Source: Octopus vulgaris (lineage: Eukaryota). Taken from it: a stretch of DNA of 64,000 nucleotides. The notes under the pieces were generated by a model. It saw only the letters and a program-made list of their open reading frames with translations, did not search any database and was not told the origin of the DNA. The translations under genes and the position numbers were made by a program. Shown here piece by piece: positions 13,543 to 28,177 of the stretch (positions are counted from its first letter, which is position 1; every line of letters starts with the position of its first letter). Location of the stretch: assembly GCA_951406725.2 (NCBI GenBank), contig OX597818.1, forward strand, positions 139,252,001-139,316,000. The letters run 5' to 3'.

Positions 13543-13580
13543 AAGAAGAAGAAGAAGAAGAAGAAGAAGAAGAAGAAGAG
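13385..13580. repeat. Compound (AGC)/(AAG)/(AAT)/(AAG) microsatellite
   Basis: Read directly from the sequence. Confidence 0.95.
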
Positions 13581-13967
13581 TGAGTAAGAAAAAGAAGAGA
13601 AAGGATAAGAAAAATGCGGGATTGGTATGACATTAGTAGGATGTTGGTAGAATCCTCTTAAATGGTCAAGTGACCTAAAAGAGTGATATATGTATATATA
13701 TACTTATATATATATTCTTTTGTGGTGGACGCATGTAATTTTGTGACTGCCTTTCTAAAGTGGCTTCCCCTTGAGCTCGTAGGTATACAGTAAAGCAGAA
13801 AAGAAAAGACAAAGACAAGGACGTTTCATTTAGCTATATAATACGAAAGTAGTGCACAAAATGGACAAACAAATCCTCGGCATCTCTCTCAAGGACATAC
13901 CTATTACATAAGTAAATTAAACGTCCTTTTCAAGTCTTCCTAAACCGCTTGCCTTTTCATTTCTGCT

Positions 13968-14050
<83 letters not shown>

Positions 14051-14083
14051 CCTACCTACCTACCTACCTACCTACCTACCTAC

Positions 14084-14119
<36 letters not shown>

Positions 14120-14149
14120 ATATATATATATCTATCTATCTATATACAC

Positions 14150-14565
14150 TGGCGCAGCAGTGGCTCTGTGGTAAGAAGCTTGCTTCCCAACCACCTGGTT
14201 CCGGGTTCAACTCCACTGCGTAGTACCTTGGGCAATTGTCTTCTACTATAACCTTGGGCCTATCAAAACCTTGTGAGTGGATATGGTACACGGGAACTGA
14301 AAGAAGCTCGTCGTATTTATATAAAGCATAATTAAAGGATAAAATCATTAAAATGTATATAAAATTCCTTTTCGGCAAAATACATTTATAGAGATATTGT
14401 TGTATAGGCCTCAATTATACAAAAGCTATTATGCCTGTATGTTGAAAGAAGACGCCGAATACCTCCTATCACTTCAAATAAAAGTATATATATATGGGTG
14501 GTGCACAAGCATGGCCGCAGTCAAATGACTGAAACATGTAAAAGAATAAAAGAATACTAAAAGAA
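14150..14565 (+). mobile_element. SINE family A, split (head 14150-14315, tail 14508-14565)
   Basis: Diverged head and tail separated by unrelated AT-rich sequence. Confidence 0.7.
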
Positions 14566-16225
14566 TACACATACACACAAACACACTCACGCACTGACTC
14601 GTAGGTTCCCGACCCAACGCGAGTTAGCGATCCAGCATTAGGATGGGTCTAGGTATGGAGTTTGAATGAAAGAACACAAGAGGAGTTTTAAGACTCATAA
14701 CAGCTGTCTCGTTAGTTTCGCTAATGCTCGGCAAAGTGAGTCGTTCTGAGTCTTTCTTCCCCTACCTATGTTTAATAGCACCTGACGAAAGCAGATTCTT
14801 TTTAAAGATTTATTCGTAGTAATTGAACTATTCATCAATAAAACAGCGGTTGTGAATCTTTAGACTTCACTTGTACTCTACTTTATAATTACATATATGT
14901 GTGTGTCTGTGTCAATGTCTATGTATATGCGTGAGCGTGCATGCGCGTGCGTTTATTGTGCATGCGTATGTTTACACATAAATACATACGCTCACAAAAA
15001 CATATACATTTATATATGCGTACAATACATAAAGAACTGCTTCGCAGTAACTTTTCACTGAGAATGCTTAATAAGAAATGAATATTTGAAGCTATGACAA
15101 TGGTGTCCCTACGAAGAAAATAGAATAGAAAAGAGGAATCACAAATACATAACATGAAGCAGCTGTGACTTATGATTGTGTGTATTCGTTTCTGTAACTG
15201 AGTGTCTGTACATGTATATGTGTTTGCCCATTGAAAGAAAATGACCAATCTCTGTTAGGTTTTCCATTTACCATTTCATGAAGACTAGAAATACCTACGA
15301 GATTTTTTTTCTCATTACCCAACACTAAATTGTAAAATATAAATCAAATGCAATAGTGTATATTAAATAGCACAGATATGAACTCATTTAAATATTGAAA
15401 TATTCACACAAGCTTATATATAATTCCACGTATAAATTCATAGCTCTGTTTTAGAGCAACCACATTTCATGTATTTATTTAAGTGCTTAGTCGCACAAGT
15501 GAAGCTGAAATGGGATTTGGAATTAGTTTTCAAGTATGAACATTTGTACGCATTCCTTTATGAATATTTCTTTTCAATTCTAATCTCATACAGATTTTTC
15601 TAACACTGGTTGCTAAATATATATATATATATAATGTGTACGTATGTATATGTATGTATATATGAATATATATGTGAAACGACAAAGGAATGTATACGTG
15701 TGTGAACATGTTTTTATAAATATTTATGTATAAGTATTCCTTGACGCACATAATATGCATACACTTCCACACATATAAATGAAGTTAGTATTCATTGTTT
15801 GAATGCAATACATTCCGACAGATCTGGGGGACAATACTACTATACCGCATAAATCAAAGCGCTTGTTAAATACTTAATAATAAATTAAGATGTTTAGAAC
15901 TTTGATATTATTCTAAATAATGTAGAACAAAGTTAGACAACACACACTATCACTTCAAACAAAAATATCTGAAAATCTTTATTTGTCTGGAACAGAGTAG
16001 ATTTCTGTAAACTGAAGTCGAGACTTGCTTCGTCAGCCAGCTTCGACAATAAAGACAGCAGCATTTAAATAAATGCATATGTTGTTTCTCTATAACAGAG
16101 CTATAAATATATACGTGGAATCCTGCAAGCATATTTCTATATTTAAATGAGCTCATATCTGCGCTATTTAATATACATTAATACATTAAAATTATATTTC
16201 ACGATTTAGTGTGTGTAACGAAAAC

Positions 16226-16936
16226 GGATGTAGGACTTTTCGTCTAAATCACGTCGGTCTAATGCGCTATGGTCTAAAGTGACTTTTGTATAAATTCACG
16301 ATAGTCTAAAGACATTTTTGCCTAAACTGTCATTGGTCTAATAACTATTTTGTCTATAGAATCTAAAAAAAAAAAATCGTAAAAGATCTAAATAAATAGG
16401 CGTAGGGTTGGCTGTGTGGTAAGTAGCTTTCTTACAAACCACATGGTTCCAGGTTCAGTCCCACTGCGTGGCACCTTGGGCAAGTGTCTTCTACTATAGC
16501 AACGAACCGACCAAAGCTTTGTGAGTGGATTTGGTAGACGGAAACTGAAAGAAGCCCGTCGTATATATGTATATATATATATATATGTATGTGTGTGTAT
16601 GTTTGTGTATCTGTGTTTGTTCCCCCAACATTGCTTGACAACCGATGCTGGTGTGTTTACGTCCTCGTAACGTAGTGGTTCGGCAAAAGAGACCGATAGA
16701 ATAAGTACTAGGCTTACAAAGAATAAGTTCTGGGGTCGATTCGCTCGACTAAAGGCGGTGCTCCAGCATGGCCACAGTCACATGACTGAAACAAGTAAAA
16801 GAGTAAAAGAGTAAAGAGTAAAGAATAACTATTCTCTAATAATCCTTCTTGTTCTTTGACGAAAATGCTTTTAGACCAAAGTGTCTTAGTCTAAAGTGGT
16901 TTAGACCAAAGTGTTTTAGACCAAAGTACCGTATCC
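16226..16936. mobile_element. Foldback-type MITE with inverted arrays of about 15-bp repeats, interrupted by a SINE
   Basis: Left end GGATGTAGGACTTTTCGTCTAAA plus GTCTAAA repeats. Right end has inverted TTTAGACCAAAGTG repeats ending AAAGTACCGTATCC. Confidence 0.6.
16398..16826 (+). mobile_element. SINE family A
   Basis: Full copy with GTAAAAGA tail repeats. Confidence 0.9.
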
Positions 16937-19611
16937 CATGAGAACAATTCCCTAAGACATCCCTGGCCATCATGAATTGGTAAATGGAAAAGCTAACAGA
17001 GAATGACCCTTTTCTTTTAATAGCTGGTACGCACATACACAAACATGCACTCACACGCAAACACATACGCACTAATAAATCAGGTCGATACTACCATTCT
17101 GGAAATTATAGCTTTCTGATTGGCTGTCGTTTCGAATATACCGAAATACGATTCTGCCGAAATGAATGAAAATTCATTTAGGACTTGCTAAACTTTTGTC
17201 GTGAGAACTTATCTCTGTTTATAAAAGCCGACTTAGTAAGAGTTTATATAGGAATTATAATATAGAGTTGAAGCTCATATTTTTTTTAAAGCTAAATAAT
17301 CTTATTATCTCCAGATCAGCTTTGATACAGTGTTCTGATCATGATCTGACTGTTTTTTTTATTCAGACAACGAGGGTCCTTCTATGCAATGACAAAGCTT
17401 CTATATTGATGCTCGACCAGCTAGAAATATCAGGCAAGTCACCTCAAATCACACACTTGATAACCATTGATTTACTGTAATACTAATAATGGATGTTTAA
17501 CTCCGGACCAATAGCCGAGCAGACGTGTGGCCAACAAACTTTCCTGTCCCAATCCCCGATGTCAGTTGTGCAGGAGAAAATCTATGATAAAAGTGCTTGA
17601 GCCTTATCCATATCTTCAATTTTTCAGGCTAAGTATATCAAAATATACGTTATCTACTATGAAATCCACCCATTTATGGAGTGATTTGAAGGAGATTTAG
17701 CTGTTATTTCCACTGGGTCAAGCGACCGTGTAATGGTCTGCTGACTGGTGCGTACAGCAATAGTTATATATTATAAATTCTTCGAAAAGTTATAGACCTG
17801 TTAAAGGTCAAGTCATTAGCGAAAATGATTTATAGTCACAATCAGTAAATTAATTACCACTAATGAGGCTTGAAACATGTTAACTTGAGCAAAGTGAGAC
17901 ATTAGTTAGATTTAAAATATAATAACTAAAAGGAGAGGTATTCAAAAATGATAGCAAAAGCTTTGGGGGATTACAAGTGCTCTCTCATATTCTTTCAGTT
18001 GTTTTAGTAATTGGACTGTGTCCATGCTGGAGCATTTGCTTCTAAGTGTTATTAGCTGATTATATTAAAACTTAGTATCTTGTCCTGCATTCATTTTATC
18101 GTTCATGGAGGAAGACAGAAAGGGAAGGTGAAGCTTAATTGGGTGTAAAGGGACGCAAACGATATGACTTGACCATTGGTAAGGTACTTTTGTTCGACAC
18201 TTCGATTATTTGTCATCCAATCACACGCACACACACAAACGCACACACACACACATACACACACACACACACGCGCGCGCACATACATACGGGTTGAAGG
18301 TCGCAGATAGATGCATACATACACGTATTTATTTGACTTGGTTTTGTCACGTTTCCGCCATAAATGTTAATAAGATTAATTGTAACAACTCAATAAAATT
18401 CTTAATATTAAAAAGGGTACAGCCAACCCTGATAGTTTGGACATTCTAACTGTGACCATCTGCTTTTTATTATATTATTATTTCAGATGTAAAGTATTTA
18501 CGACTGTCTTAATATTTAATGCTTTCTTTACTTTTTTAAAAAGATAGGTGGTTACTTATTTGAAGGAGGGTTGAGTACTATTTCTACTAGTTCATGCGAC
18601 CAAATTAAGAAAATTTATCCAGCATGTGTAGTCTTGAAAATGTTTAAACAAGACCGTTTTCGCAGTATTATGCTTATTTTATTGTCGTTACAAATAAGCA
18701 AACTTTACTAGAGCAATAAAGGGATCGATTTTCTTAACCTGAAAAATTCTCAAATTACAGCAATTATTTATCATAGCTTCAGGATTTGATGTTTTTAAAT
18801 AAATATAAACAACAACACCAGGAACAACAACATGGAGCGATGTTTTGAATATTCCACAGAGCAAATTTAGCTAATCTTAGCACAGATTAATACATATGGT
18901 TTGGTTAAGAGGTGGTTTAAGAACTCCCATCATTAAAGTATGTTAGCTACTGGTTCTGTAACACAACTATGGAATATACATCCTTTTACGCCGGGATATC
19001 ATGTCAAGATAAGACTCTGCGATAGAAAATAAAAACCCATATATAAAATATCATAGTCAAACCCCCAACAGAAATGGAGTAGAAGGGCGGTTGATAAAAC
19101 AAAAGAATATTATTGCTCAGGCTCCACCAGTTTTTTTTTAAAGAAATGGTGAAAGAAAATACCAAAGTGAATGAATAAATGAATAAATAAATAAATAACA
19201 ATGCTTAACAACAATAATAACTACAAATATCGATGGAAAAAAATGCTCCTACATTACTTAGCAAAAAGGAAGTGGAGAACTCCCGCATATGAGCAATGGT
19301 GATGCTAATGCGGTTTAGCAGCGAGCTATCGTAGAGGCAATCATAAATTTGACAGACAACATACGAGATTTATAAACATACGGTAACACGTTCGTACAGG
19401 CATACACAATGCATATATACGTATACATACATACATGCGTACATACATACATACATACATACATACACACATACATACATATATACATGCATACATACGT
19501 ACATACATACAGACAGACAAACAGACAGGCAAACAAACATGCAAATGTTCCTACGTATTCAAGTATGTATGTATTCCGAATTTGCTAAACCAATCAACAA
19601 GCAGTATTCGT

Positions 19612-19650
<39 letters not shown>

Positions 19651-19949
19651 GAAGATACAGAGGATAGATATGGTATGAATTTGCAAAGAAACAATTGCAG
19701 CTTTATACATGGAGATACAGATTATTTTGGATAGCAAGACATGAATATCTTGTTGGACAGATAACACATAATAGAAGAAATATATTATATTCACATATAA
19801 TAAACAAATACTTCGATACATGCATTATAATGCATGTATCGAAGTATCGAAACCTACATACATACATATGTATATATATATATATATAATTGATATTTAG
19901 ACATATGTCTATATACGTTCATGTAGATAGATAAGCGCTTCTATACATG

Positions 19950-19995
<46 letters not shown>

Positions 19996-20067
19996 TTATC
20001 TATATATATCTATATATATATATATATACATATACATATGTATGTATATATATATATATACATATAC

Positions 20068-20119
<52 letters not shown>

Positions 20120-20887
20120 GTGTCTGTGTGTCTGTACGTATATATGTATGTGTATTAATGCATAGATGCATACATACATGCATTAATAATATGAATTTTA
20201 TCATAAAGGAACAGGGTAAAGAATTAATGACCATGCTTATATCTATAGAGCGTAGAAAGATGAAGAAACAGAAAAAAAAAGTTTCCGGGTGAAAATAAGA
20301 ATGACGTTGTTGAAACCCAAATTCTGGGTAACGTCTCTTAGGAACCGTATTTATTTCGCTGCAACACTGTAACAAGAGATTCTGTTTGTGTATAGAATTT
20401 GCTTAGTAATAGCAATCTCAGACTACAGTAAAACGTTTGGGTATGCTTTTATACCTGCCCGTCTTACACCGCCTAATGAAGTCGTAGATAAGTTGTTTTT
20501 TGTCCCGTAATATAGAAAAACGAAATGAATAGTCTATTATCAAATTAGCATCAGTTGTGCAACATAGGTAAGGATACAGAGTTTTATGCATGCAATACAC
20601 GTAATAATATAAGGCCACATATATGCAAATACTCGTAATGTTACCGGGCTACATGCAAGGGATATAAGTAATGCTATAAATATACAAGACCACATGCAAG
20701 CAGTACATGTAATGCCATAATGATACATATATGCAATCATAAAAATGGCGTATAATAATAACACAGCTCTCTATTTCTCTCTATGTCGCTGTATGCATGT
20801 GCGTGTGCATAAGTATGTATGTAAGTATATGTGTGTACGTATGTATGTGTGTATATATATATAAATATATTATGTATATATATATAT

Positions 20888-21552
20888 AGGCTCAGGAGTG
20901 GCCTATGGTTCCGCGTTCAGTCCCACTGCGTGGCACCTTGGACAAGTGTCTTCTACTATAGCCTCGGGCCGACCAAAGCCTTGTGAGCGGATTTGGTAGA
21001 CGGAAACAGAAACAAGCCCGTCGTATATACGTATATAAATATATATGTATGTGTGTGTATATGTTTGTGTCTTTGTGTTTGTCCCCCCAATATCGCTTGA
21101 CAACCGATGTTGGTGTGTTTCCAGCAAAGTAAGTATTCTAACACCCGTCATATTTAGTAACAATTATAGCTTTCCAACCACATGGTTCCGGGTTCAATTA
21201 CCTTAGGTAAGTGTCTTCTAATATAGCCTCGGGCCGGCTAAAGCCTTGTGAGTGGATTTAGTAGACGGAAACTGAAAGAAGCCCGTCGTATATCTATATA
21301 TATCTATCTCTCTATATATATATGTGTGTGTGTGTGGTGTGTGGATATGTTTGTGTGTCTGTGTTTGTCCCTCCACCATCGCTTCATAACCGATGTTGGT
21401 GTGCTTACGTCCCCGTAACTTAGCTGTTCGGCAAAAGAGACCGATAGAATACGCACTAGGCTTACGAAGAATAAGTCCTGGGGTCGATTTGTTCGACTAA
21501 AGGCGGTGCTCCAGCATGGCCACAGTCAAATGACTGAAACAAATAAAAGAAT
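20888..21552 (+). mobile_element. Two tandem SINE family A copies (partial 20888-21120, then 21165-21552)
   Basis: Family A motifs occur twice, with small deletions in the heads. Confidence 0.85.
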
Positions 21553-21659
21553 ACACACACACACATATAAATATATATTCGAATGAATGAACAAGGAAAA
21601 CACGTGGTATCAGGTATTACTTTCGAGCATGTAATTTATAATTCAACCATGAATGGAAG

Positions 21660-22039
21660 CATTCCGTCGGTTACGACGACGAGGGTTCCGGTTGATCCGA
21701 ATCAACGGAACAGCCTGCTCGTGAAATTAACGTGTAAGTGGCTGAGCACTCCACAGACACGTGCACCCTTAACGTAGTTCTCGGGGATATTCAGCGTGAC
21801 ACAGAGAGTGACAAGGCCGGCCCCTTGAAATACAGGTACAACAGAAACAGGAAGTAAGAGTGAGAGAAAGTTGTGGTGAAAGAGTACAGCAGGGATCACC
21901 ACCATCCCCTGCCGGAGCCTCGTGGAGCTTTTAGGTGTTTTCGCTCAATAAACACTCACAACGCCCGGTCTGGGAATCGAAACCGCGATCCTACGACCGC
22001 GAGTTCGCTGCCCTAACCACTGGGCCATTGCGCCTCCAC
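21660..22039 (-). mobile_element. SINE family C, tail type 1
   Basis: Full copy with flanking repeat ATTCAACCAT. Confidence 0.9.
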
Positions 22040-22159
22040 GATTCAACCATAATTGTGGAGTAAATAAGGGATTAAGAAGAAATGCATAAAATCTCTTACA
22101 AATGTCTCTAGAAAAGTAGCGCATGTGCATAGATTATTGAGCAAAGATTTCTGTAGAAG

Positions 22160-22420
22160 CTAACTATACCGCCTTTAGAGTGGAAGAGTTAAGGAATAGC
22201 CTTAATAAAGGATATTGGCAGTTACCAGTTCCATCATCGAAGAATTAAAAAAATATTCTTAGCAAAAGATAGTAAGTACGAGTTCTACTGTTGATGACAA
22301 AGCAGTATTATAATCTTTTACTAATGATACTCCTTGATTATTCGACAATGGAACTGGTAACTTTTAACATTCTTTATTGAGGACATTCCTTTATTCTTCC
22401 TCTCTGAAGACGGTATAGTT
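22160..22420. repeat. Imperfect 260-bp palindrome (probable inverted Penelope-like terminal repeats)
   Basis: AACTATACCG..GGAAGA..AAGGAAT..AATAAAG..GTTACCAGTTCCAT is mirrored by ATGGAACTGGTAAC..CTTTATT..ATTCCTT..TCTTCC..CGGTATAGTT. Confidence 0.75.
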
Positions 22421-22463
22421 GCCTTAAGTTGCCTTTAAGGTATAGTTGCCTATAGTTGCCTTA

Positions 22464-22695
22464 AAGGCGGCGAGCTGGCAGAAACGTTAGCACACCTGGC
22501 GAAATGCTTAGCGGTATTCCGTCTGCGTTACGTTGTGAGTTCAAATTCCGCCGAGGTCGACTTTGCCTTTCATCCTTTCGGGGTCGATAAATTAAGTACC
22601 AGTTACGCACTGGGGTCGATGTAATCGACTTAATACCTATGTCTGTCCTTGTTTGTCGCCTCTGTGTTTAGCCCCTTGTGGGTAATAAAGAAATA
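22464..22695 (+). mobile_element. SINE family B
   Basis: Full copy ending AAAGAAATA followed by GGTAT. Confidence 0.9.
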
Positions 22696-23217
22696 GGTAT
22701 TTTCTTTTCAAAAATATCTGCAATGCAGCTTGAAATTGTAATGAATCAAGTGGAATACAGTCTCCTTTTATATAAATCGTACCTCCAGGGTGTTAATTAC
22801 TTCCTTTAAATATTAATTTGTTTCACTCATTCGAAGACTTTGACTGGCGGAAGCCTCTTCAAACAATCCAATCAAATCGTGGAAAACAAGCTTTCAAAAG
22901 CGCTCACCAGTCAAAAAGATATTGTTTTCATCACAAAATCAAAGAAATTATGCACACAAAACATGTAATTAGCACCCAATTATATGGTAACCGATTGCAA
23001 TATTTCCAAGCTGTTGATGAAAGTATCTATTTCGTAGGAATTCGCTGAAATTCTGCTTTTAATCAAGGTTTTTGCAAGTCGTGAACGATAATGAGGGAAA
23101 TTTCGAATCAAGTCATTTGGGGTCCATCAAACCACCCGCGTTATATGCGGGAACGCAGTATAGCGAGACGCCTTATAAAGGGGGGACACTGTAACATGTT
23201 TTGCGTGTGTGTGTGTG

Positions 23218-23708
<491 letters not shown>

Positions 23709-24063
23709 AAGTCATAATGTATGAAAGGTGAATATAGATATTTTCCCACATGACTTCCGTATTATTATAGCTGTTTCGTCACTTTCATCATGTAGTATTA
23801 TTACTTTCAATATTGCAAAATAATTATATGCACGTTTACATCAATGCGCATGCTCAACATTATGCAACTGAATATTCACGAATTATTGTAAATAAAGCCA
23901 ACTCATCAGGTTATCGAGTCATAATAGGTATATCCACGAACCTTTTCTACTGCCTATGGATTTGGAAAGATTACCGCAAAGCTATCTGTTCAACGCTCTA
24001 GCGACCCTGCCAATGGGCTACCTATATCTACATACACGTACGCACAAATACACAGACACTGAG

Positions 24064-24097
<34 letters not shown>

Positions 24098-24180
24098 GCA
24101 CACAGAGACACAGACACACACACACATATACAGAGAGAAGAAAAGAATGTAAGAAAATGAGAAAGCTACACATATAATAA

Positions 24181-24217
<37 letters not shown>

Positions 24218-24643
24218 GTGTATATATATATTTATATATACGTACATATATAAAAATTCTTATAATTATGAGTATAATTATAATAAGGGTTCAGCAAAAA
24301 ATTTGCTTCACCATATACCGAAATTTAGAAATAGCAGCCAAAACTAGCTATTTCTCTACCATAAAATCTCACAGACAGCAATACTCAACAACTCCCGTAG
24401 ACAAAGAGAAAAAATAAAGAATTAACTGTGGACGTATTTCGGAGTTAGACAAATGGCAAAATTATTAATTATTGATTGATTAATTTTACCCTGTATTATT
24501 ATTGATACATAAATATATATATCAAATTCTGTAAGTTCAAGACCTTTCATCGGATCTCCAGGAATCGAACTTTCTTCAATGCAGTTAAACTTACACCCTC
24601 ATTTGTATCTACCCCTTTTGATGTTTGGGAATCTCTGATGTTT

Positions 24644-24731
24644 TTTCGGCTGACGAGTACGAGCCATCTATATTTACTACATTTTTTGTAGCTTATTAAA
24701 GATGTCCTCGTACGAAACAATTGTACCGAGA
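24644..24731 (+). ncRNA. Type I hammerhead ribozyme (Penelope-associated type)
   Basis: TTTCGG-CTGACGA-[GTACGAG/CTCGTAC, CATCT/AGATG, CTACA/TGTAG]-GAAAC-AATT-GTA-CCGAGA. All core nucleotides are present and loop III is palindromic. Confidence 0.75.
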
Positions 24732-24785
24732 TTTTAATCCATTCTTGTTGCTTTTTTCCTATATATATATATATATATATTTTTT

Positions 24786-25177
24786 TTTATTTGTTTCAGT
24801 CATTTGACTGCGGCCATGCTGGAGCACCGCCTTTAATCGAGCAACTCGACTCCGGGACTTATTCTTTGTAAGCCCAGTACTTATTCTATCGGTCTATTTT
24901 GCCAAACCGCTAAGTGACGGGGACATAAACACACCAGCATCGGTTGTCAAGCAATGCTAGGGGGACAAACACAGACACACAAACACACACACATACACAT
25001 ACATATATATCTGCATATATACGACGGGCTTCTTTCAGTTTCCGTCTACCAAATCCACTCACAAGGCTTTGGTCGGCCCGAAGCTACAGTAGAAGACACT
25101 TGCCCAAGGTGCCACGCAGTGGGACTGAACCCGGAACCATGTGGTTGGTTAACAAGTTACTTACCACACAGCCACTA
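24786..25177 (-). mobile_element. SINE family A
   Basis: Near-full copy. Confidence 0.9.
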
Positions 25178-25189
25178 CATATAAATATA

Positions 25190-25233
<44 letters not shown>

Positions 25234-25631
25234 GTAGCAGTATCGCCCGGCGTTGCTCGGGTTTGTAAGGAAAATAACTATATAAACATTTTTAGAGAGT
25301 TATAGCCAAAAAATAGCAAAAAATGCATTAAAAATGGAAAAAAAATTATGGTAAATTTTTTTTAAATCGTTGACTCATCGTAGACATATTTAGAGAGTTA
25401 CTTCCCTTATATAAGAGCGAAAAAAATGCATTAAAATGGAAAAAAATTATGGTAAATTATTTTTAAAATCGTAGACTCATCGTAGACGCGCGCTAATACC
25501 CAGAAGGGCTCGGTATGAATCACGACTATAAGATACCCGGTTTTGGTTAAACTGCACCGCAAAATGTGGGAGTAGTTAGGAATCTAAATCGTAGGAGACA
25601 GACACTCACACAACTTCACTTATATATATAA

Positions 25632-25634
<3 letters not shown>
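25234..25634 (-). mobile_element. Non-autonomous Helitron (copy 2)
   Basis: Same termini as 1203-1592, with an internal unit of about 110-120 bp duplicated. Sits in (TA)n. Confidence 0.75.
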
Positions 25635-25707
<73 letters not shown>

Positions 25708-26127
25708 ATTTATGTGTATATATGTATATATATCTTATATGTATATATATCTATCTATCATATATGTATGTATATATATATATCTGAGAGTGTATATAAC
25801 ATATACACTCTCATACACATACACACGCACGCACACATTTACATGCCTGTGTACTTGTATGTGTGTATTCTCAGTCCTTTCCAAGAACATCGGTCTTCTG
25901 GATTTTTCTCCTTGCCCATGTCTTTACTGTAGGTATTAACCTTTAACAGTTTAAATGGAACTTCGTTAGCATAAAGCTCACTCGTCTCGGTGGACCATCA
26001 GAGTTCATGGGGCATCGTAGCTTTCGCCATACTCAGCAAGGTATGGGAAAGAGTACGATATTCGGCAAGGTAAATATGTATGTATGTGTGTGTGTGTAAA
26101 TACATATACATATAAACATAAACACAT

Positions 26128-26925
26128 ACTCTTTTACTCTTTTACTTGTTTCAGTCATTTGACTGCGGCCATGCTGGAGCACCGCCTTTAGTCGAGCAAC
26201 TCGACCCCGGGACTTATTCTTTGTAAGCCTAGTACTTATTCTATCGGTCTCTTTTTTGCCGAACCGCTAAGTGACGGGGACGTAAACACACCAGCATCGG
26301 TTGTCAAGCAATGCTAGGGGGACAAACACAGACACACAAACATACACACACACACATATACACTACCGTCAGAAATTAATTAGCACCCTTGATTTGCTCT
26401 TCACTCAAGGTATGTGCTGTCACCTAGTGGCCATATCTCGAACTATTGCTTTGTTGCGAGTTCACTGTTGCGCAGAACGATGACGTAACTTTGTTTGCAG
26501 AGCAGTTTGAGAGTATACAGCCTTATGATGTTGACATAGCAGTGCAACAACTTGGAGTGCGGATGCAGACAAATCTTCCTTTGTTTAATAGATATAGGTA
26601 GCGCCTGCAAGGACCGAAATCACACCATACTAAGTTTTCTCATCGCGTAAGACGTTTTGAACAGCTCATAAGGTTAATTGATTTAACCTATTTAATGTAG
26701 AAATTTGAGAAGTGCTAATTAATTTCTGACGCAAGTGTATATATATATACATACATATATACGACGGGCTTCTTTCAGTTTCCGTCTACCAAATCCACTC
26801 ACAAGGCTTTGGTTGGCCCGAGGCTATAGTAGAAGACACTTGCCCAAGATGCCACGCAGTGGGACTGAACCCGGAACCATGTGGTTGGTAAGCAAGCTAC
26901 TTACCACACAGCCACTCCTGCGCCT
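26128..26925 (-). mobile_element. SINE family A interrupted by a MITE
   Basis: Tail part 26128-26360 and head part 26738-26925. Confidence 0.9.
26361..26737. mobile_element. Tc1/mariner-type MITE (377 bp)
   Basis: TIRs CACT(AC/TG)CGTCAGAAATTAATTAGCAC, with TA on both sides. Confidence 0.85.
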
Positions 26926-27625
26926 ATACATACATGTTTAAATGCATAGATATATACATACATGCATAAAGAAACTAATATGTATTGCATGTAGGTATGT
27001 ATCTGGTTCTATAAAGAAGCAGGACGGAAGGATATTTTGCACACTTCGGTTAGTGAGTTAAATAAATATGTAAGCATTCGCCATAAATAAATAAATAAAT
27101 AAATACATAAATGACTATAAAGAAAAAGAAATACGTGCGCAACATTACAGTATGTGAATAGATCAAATAATAAAGGAGTAGCATGAAAATGGGTGATTTT
27201 TATAGTTATAGCTTAAGATTATATAAGAAAATATAACATCAACAGATGAATACAGACGCAAAACGTTCCGTTCCGGATATCATATTTTTCACGATATAAA
27301 ATTTTCATGACGTCATCATTCACAGTGTAATGGACCGAAGATGTTGTTAGACGAAGTACATTCGCTTTCCTGTTGAGTGTCATAAAACTTACACGAAGCC
27401 AAAGAGCGAAGAAAAACCAAGCCCTCCCTCTTCTCGTCTATATGTCTTTCTCCGTTTAGGGTTGATAGCCTCATAGAAGCCTTTTATGAGGTTTTATGTA
27501 GACCTATGATTTATGGAATATATTTAAAGTCAAGAATATTACGCTGCTATATCAGCCAAGAATATTTTACAAATGTACATGTTCTGCACGATGAGAGAAA
27601 TAATCAATATATAATATCTGCCTCG

Positions 27626-27660
<35 letters not shown>

Positions 27661-27684
27661 TCACAGTTTGTCAGTCTCTCTGCC

Positions 27685-27733
<49 letters not shown>

Positions 27734-27742
27734 GTCTTTCTT

Positions 27743-27837
<95 letters not shown>

Positions 27838-28177
27838 GTCTGTCTATCTGTCTGTCTGTATGTCTGTCTGTCTGTCTATCTGTCTGTCTGTCTGGCTGGC
27901 TGGCTGGGCTGTGTGCCTGTCAGTCAGTCAGACTTTCTCTCTGTTTCCCTGTCTATCTTTCAGTCTGTCTACTGAGAGTTTGTCTATCTGCATGTCAGTC
28001 AGTCTGTCTGCCTTTCTCTTTGTCTCTGTCTGTCAGTCTGTTTGTCCATCTGCATGTCTATGTATGTATGTATGATCGTGTATGTATGTATGTATGTATG
28101 TATGTATGTATGTATGTATGCATGCATGCATGCATGCATGTATGTATGTATGTATGTATGTATGCATCTATCTATCT

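Noticed and set aside
24944-25234. Recurrent peptides such as [21 protein letters not shown] that look like a gene family
   Set aside because: Antisense translations of SINE family A.
25932-26069. AG..GT-bounded candidate plus-strand exon
   Set aside because: Stops in all three frames and no other support.
27308-27315. TGACGTCA CRE site
   Set aside because: An 8-mer is expected by chance in 64 kb, and there is no promoter context.
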